DNA of 64,000 nucleotides from a virus (Duplodnaviria; Caudoviricetes): IMG/VR virus record IMGVR_UViG_3300025718_000006, positions 1,916 to 65,915 of that record; one strand, 5' to 3'. Shown piece by piece: positions 62,483 to 64,000 of this stretch (position 1 is its first letter; each line of letters starts with the position of its first letter). The notes under the pieces were generated by a model. It saw only the letters and a program-made list of their open reading frames with translations, ran no database searches and was not told where the DNA came from. The position numbers and the translations under genes were made by a program.

Positions 62483-63793
62483 ATGAACGAATATTCCCAG
62501 ACATTGTGGGTTGATGGTGTAACTCCGGCAGATGCAGCGCATATGAATTTAATAGAAAATCAATTAGGTAAAACTGTTGATGAAATTAATAATATTGCTC
62601 TTACTCCTGGCGCAACAGGATTACAAGGTGTTCAAGGTATTCAGGGTATTCCAGGCGAAGCCGGATTAACTGGTACTAATGGAACACAAGGTATTCAAGG
62701 ACTCAAAGGTGATCAAGGTATTCAAGGTATTCCGGGAGCTAAAGGTGCAAATGGTACAGATGGAATAATTGGTGTAGATGGTGTAGCTGGAACAACTGGT
62801 GCAACTGGTGCTACAGGTATTCAAGGTATTACTGGTGCGCAAGGTATTCAAGGTATTACTGGATTGCAAGGCATTAAAGGCGATAATTTTACAGTTAATG
62901 TAACTGGTTTGTTGATTGATAGAAATACTTACGGATCACAAGTAACTGGATTTTCTTACTTAGCAACTGATACTGGTAATTTGTATATTAAAAATTCTGA
63001 TACTGCGGGAGATTGGTCTAATCCTATTCCGTTTAAAGGGCCAAAAGGTGATACCGGAGCAACTGGTGCCGGAACTACTGGATTAACTGGTAGTCAAGGA
63101 ATACAAGGTGTAAAAGGTGACACTGGTTCTACAGGATTAACTGGAACTGGAACACAGGGTATTCAAGGCACAACTGGAACACAAGGTATTCAAGGCGTAA
63201 AGGGCGATATCGGTTTAACTGGTGCTACCGGACTAAAGGGTGACACTGGATTAACTGGTGCTAGTGGCAGTGGTACTGGTAGTGGCGATATGCTTAAAAC
63301 AACTTATGATGCTGATAATGATGGAAAAATAAATTATAATGATTTAGCTAATAAACCAACTTTAGTCAAGGGTGATACTGGTATTCAAGGTATTCAAGGT
63401 ATTCAAGGAGTTAAGGGTGATATAGGTTTAACTGGCAATACTGGATTAACAGGAACTACCGGAACAGGTACGCAAGGAATCCAGGGAATACAAGGAGTTA
63501 AAGGTGATACTGGATTAACTGGTGCTTCCGGTACTGGCGGTGGAACTGCGGAAGTAGATTATAATTCTTACGCTACTGTAAAGGTTGGCGAGTTTTATAC
63601 AATAGTTAATTTTAAAAGAGCAGATGCTACATTGTATCTTAACTCCACTTTAACAAATGCCGATGTGAATGGATATTACCAGACTTGCACACTTAATTAC
63701 TATGATGCTCTTGGTACTACAATTTCTAGTACAAAAGTATGGACTATAACTTATGATGTTGATGGAGTTATCACAAGCAAGTTGGTGGCATAA
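62483..63793 (+). CDS. Collagen-like (Gly-X-Y) fibre protein
   Basis: Three G-X-Y tracts (GIQ, GTT, GAT, GDT), a GDMLKTTYDADNDGK motif, and globular N- and C-terminal domains. Confidence 0.85.
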   Translation: MNEYSQTLWVDGVTPADAAHMNLIENQLGKTVDEINNIALTPGATGLQGVQGIQGIPGEAGLTGTNGTQGIQGLKGDQGIQGIPGAKGANGTDGIIGVDGVAGTTGATGATGIQGITGAQGIQGITGLQGIKGDNFTVNVTGLLIDRNTYGSQVTGFSYLATDTGNLYIKNSDTAGDWSNPIPFKGPKGDTGATGAGTTGLTGSQGIQGVKGDTGSTGLTGTGTQGIQGTTGTQGIQGVKGDIGLTGATGLKGDTGLTGASGSGTGSGDMLKTTYDADNDGKINYNDLANKPTLVKGDTGIQGIQGIQGVKGDIGLTGNTGLTGTTGTGTQGIQGIQGVKGDTGLTGASGTGGGTAEVDYNSYATVKVGEFYTIVNFKRADATLYLNSTLTNADVNGYYQTCTLNYYDALGTTISSTKVWTITYDVDGVITSKLVA

Positions 63794-64000
63794 TGGATAT
63801 TAATTCTATATTAAAACTTCATAATGTTAATACGTTTATGCAAGATAATGTTATCGTGTTTGCTCCACCGGAGGTTGCGGAGGTTACTTATGATGATAGG
63901 GATAGTAACCTCACTTATGTTGGATCATGGGAACAAGAAACACAATCACCGGCAATGAATCATACTCAAACATATACAGATGTAATAAATAATTTAGTTA
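63793..64000 (+). CDS. Probable fibre/receptor-binding protein, 3'-truncated
   Basis: TAATG coupling; YDDRDSNLTYVGSW resembles the DD....Y.G.W start of carbohydrate-binding jelly rolls. Confidence 0.5.
   Translation, partial: MDINSILKLHNVNTFMQDNVIVFAPPEVAEVTYDDRDSNLTYVGSWEQETQSPAMNHTQTYTDVINNLV

Noticed and set aside
62600-63540. CAAGGTATT-type repeats as a CRISPR array or DNA-level repeat element
   Set aside because: They are in-frame Gly-X-Y codons with no unique spacers; likewise the ATDNSRY repeats at 5800-5915 are coding.
1-64000. Diversity-generating retroelement, group I/II intron, intein, tRNA, rRNA or CRISPR-Cas
   Set aside because: No reverse transcriptase, TR/VR pair, interrupted core gene, cloverleaf or repeat-spacer array was recognised; GTTCGA-like strings fall inside CDSs. 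tRNAscan and Infernal were not run.

Overview
The window is an AT-rich, apparently near-complete and circularly permuted genome of a temperate short-tailed (podovirus-like) phage of a spore-forming Clostridium-like host. The host is inferred from SpoIIID, AbrB, a GH25/SH3b endolysin and sigmaA-type promoters. Gene order: tail adaptors, nozzle, fibre and ejection proteins including a 3757-aa polyvalent protein (1-17.4 kb); lysis (17.8-19.3 kb); replication initiator and early genes (20.4-26.5 kb); a plasmid-like block with ParMR partition, an HNH gene, a VirD4/TraG-like coupling protein and a MobV relaxase (26.6-33.7 kb); divergent repressor/cro, recombination, methylation and regulatory genes (33.9-51.2 kb); terminase, portal, scaffold, capsid and a collagen-like fibre (51.3-64 kb). 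No integrase, tape measure or tail tube/sheath gene is visible, so it most likely persists as a phage-plasmid. The most notable signals are: (i) a conjugative-mobilisation module inside a phage; (ii) a giant putatively injected protein carrying ParB-like, ADP-ribosyltransferase-like and adenine-methyltransferase domains; (iii) a C5 methyltransferase with a likely second subunit in an overlapping +1 frame; (iv) three tandem adaptor paralogues; (v) a 17-bp operator dispersed over early promoters; (vi) candidate antisense and leader RNAs; (vii) candidate anti-defence genes and sporulation regulators. All family assignments come from motif recognition by eye; no searches were run.
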